Of a stretch of 64,000 bases of DNA, positions 63,266 through 64,000 are shown piece by piece. This DNA is from Tubulanus polymorphus (taxonomy: Eukaryota > Animalia > Nemertea). The translations under genes and the position numbers were made by a program. The stretch spans positions 15,036,485-15,100,484 of the forward strand of contig NC_134027.1 of the NCBI RefSeq assembly GCF_964204645.1. The letters run 5' to 3'. Under the pieces are notes generated by a model. That model saw only the letters and a program-made list of their open reading frames with translations, was not told the DNA's origin and did no database searches. The stretch's first letter is position 1; the number at the start of each line of letters is the position of its first letter.

Positions 63266-63970
63266 AATATGTTTCTTTAATATGTCTTTTAAATTCATTA
63301 AATATTTTTCTCTTTTATTTGTGTTTTTCAAATTATTTCTTCAGAGTGTGTTTGAATATTATAATCCATTTTTACTTCTGATTTGATAAAACTTACTTTT
63401 CCAGAAATTCTAAATTTTGGATATTCAACATCTGTTACAAAATCTAGTATTTTTTTCCATGATTTCAATAAATTTACTATAATCTTCTATTGTTGCTCCT
63501 TTAAAAAATCTAAATATAATAACTGCAGGCCCAATTTTACTACGTAATATTTCTGAAATTTCAATTGTATCTTTTATTTCTAGTGAATCGATATAATTTC
63601 TAACATTTTCTATATAAGGTTTATTTGAAATAGATTTAGTTTTTGAAACTGGTTTTTTTACTTGTTTAGGTTTATCATCAAAATAATCTGTTCCTAAAAC
63701 ATTATTACTTAAATTTTGTTTGTGTTTTTGCGATTCGAGATGTCTTTTATAATTCCTTTTTGCTATAAATCCATTACATACTTCACCTTTTATTTCATCC
63801 ACATTCATATTTTCTAATTGTTCTTTTCTTTCATTGGAATTTTCTGGAGTTTCAAAATCTATAACATTTTTTTAATGATTTGCAGTTTTTTCATGCCGAG
63901 ATTTATTAGATTTTTCAATGTATTTTTTACAATATGTACAATAATATTGATTTTCATTAACATCACTTTT
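63266..63970 (-). pseudogene. N-terminal part of the Polinton PolB ORF (zinc-finger/terminal-protein region)
   Basis: AT-rich, with C2H2-like motifs (YCTYCKKY...RH; EVCNGFIAKRNYKRHLESQKH). Continuous with PolB once the TIR element is removed. Confidence 0.65.
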
Positions 63971-64000
63971 TTCTGTCTGGTACTCACTGTCTCCCATTTA

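Overview
AT-rich animal (invertebrate-like) nuclear DNA made mostly of nested transposable elements. The left ~16 kb holds three short coding exons of an ELMO/CED-12 gene on the minus strand (15959-15879, 4290-4250, 509-434). Its introns contain a BEL/Pao remnant, a Penelope-type hammerhead, a decayed Gypsy, an intron-containing pogo-like transposon and several MITEs. From ~27 kb a young, near-complete Gypsy (192-bp LTRs, -1 frameshift pseudoknot) sits inside a 9-bp-TSD MITE, itself inside a BEL remnant. From ~37 kb to the end, a degraded Polinton/Maverick (adintovirus-like) endogenous element is visible in pieces: a penton-like gene, a VLTF3-like gene and a protein-primed PolB. It is broken up by a BEL/Pao, a Gmr1-type Gypsy, a Gypsy with a fold-back palindromic 5' LTR and a long-TIR DNA element. 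The most striking observation is a full-length LAGLIDADG intein inserted exactly in catalytic motif C (YFD|TDS) of this PolB. All calls come from manual reading and translation; no database searches were run.
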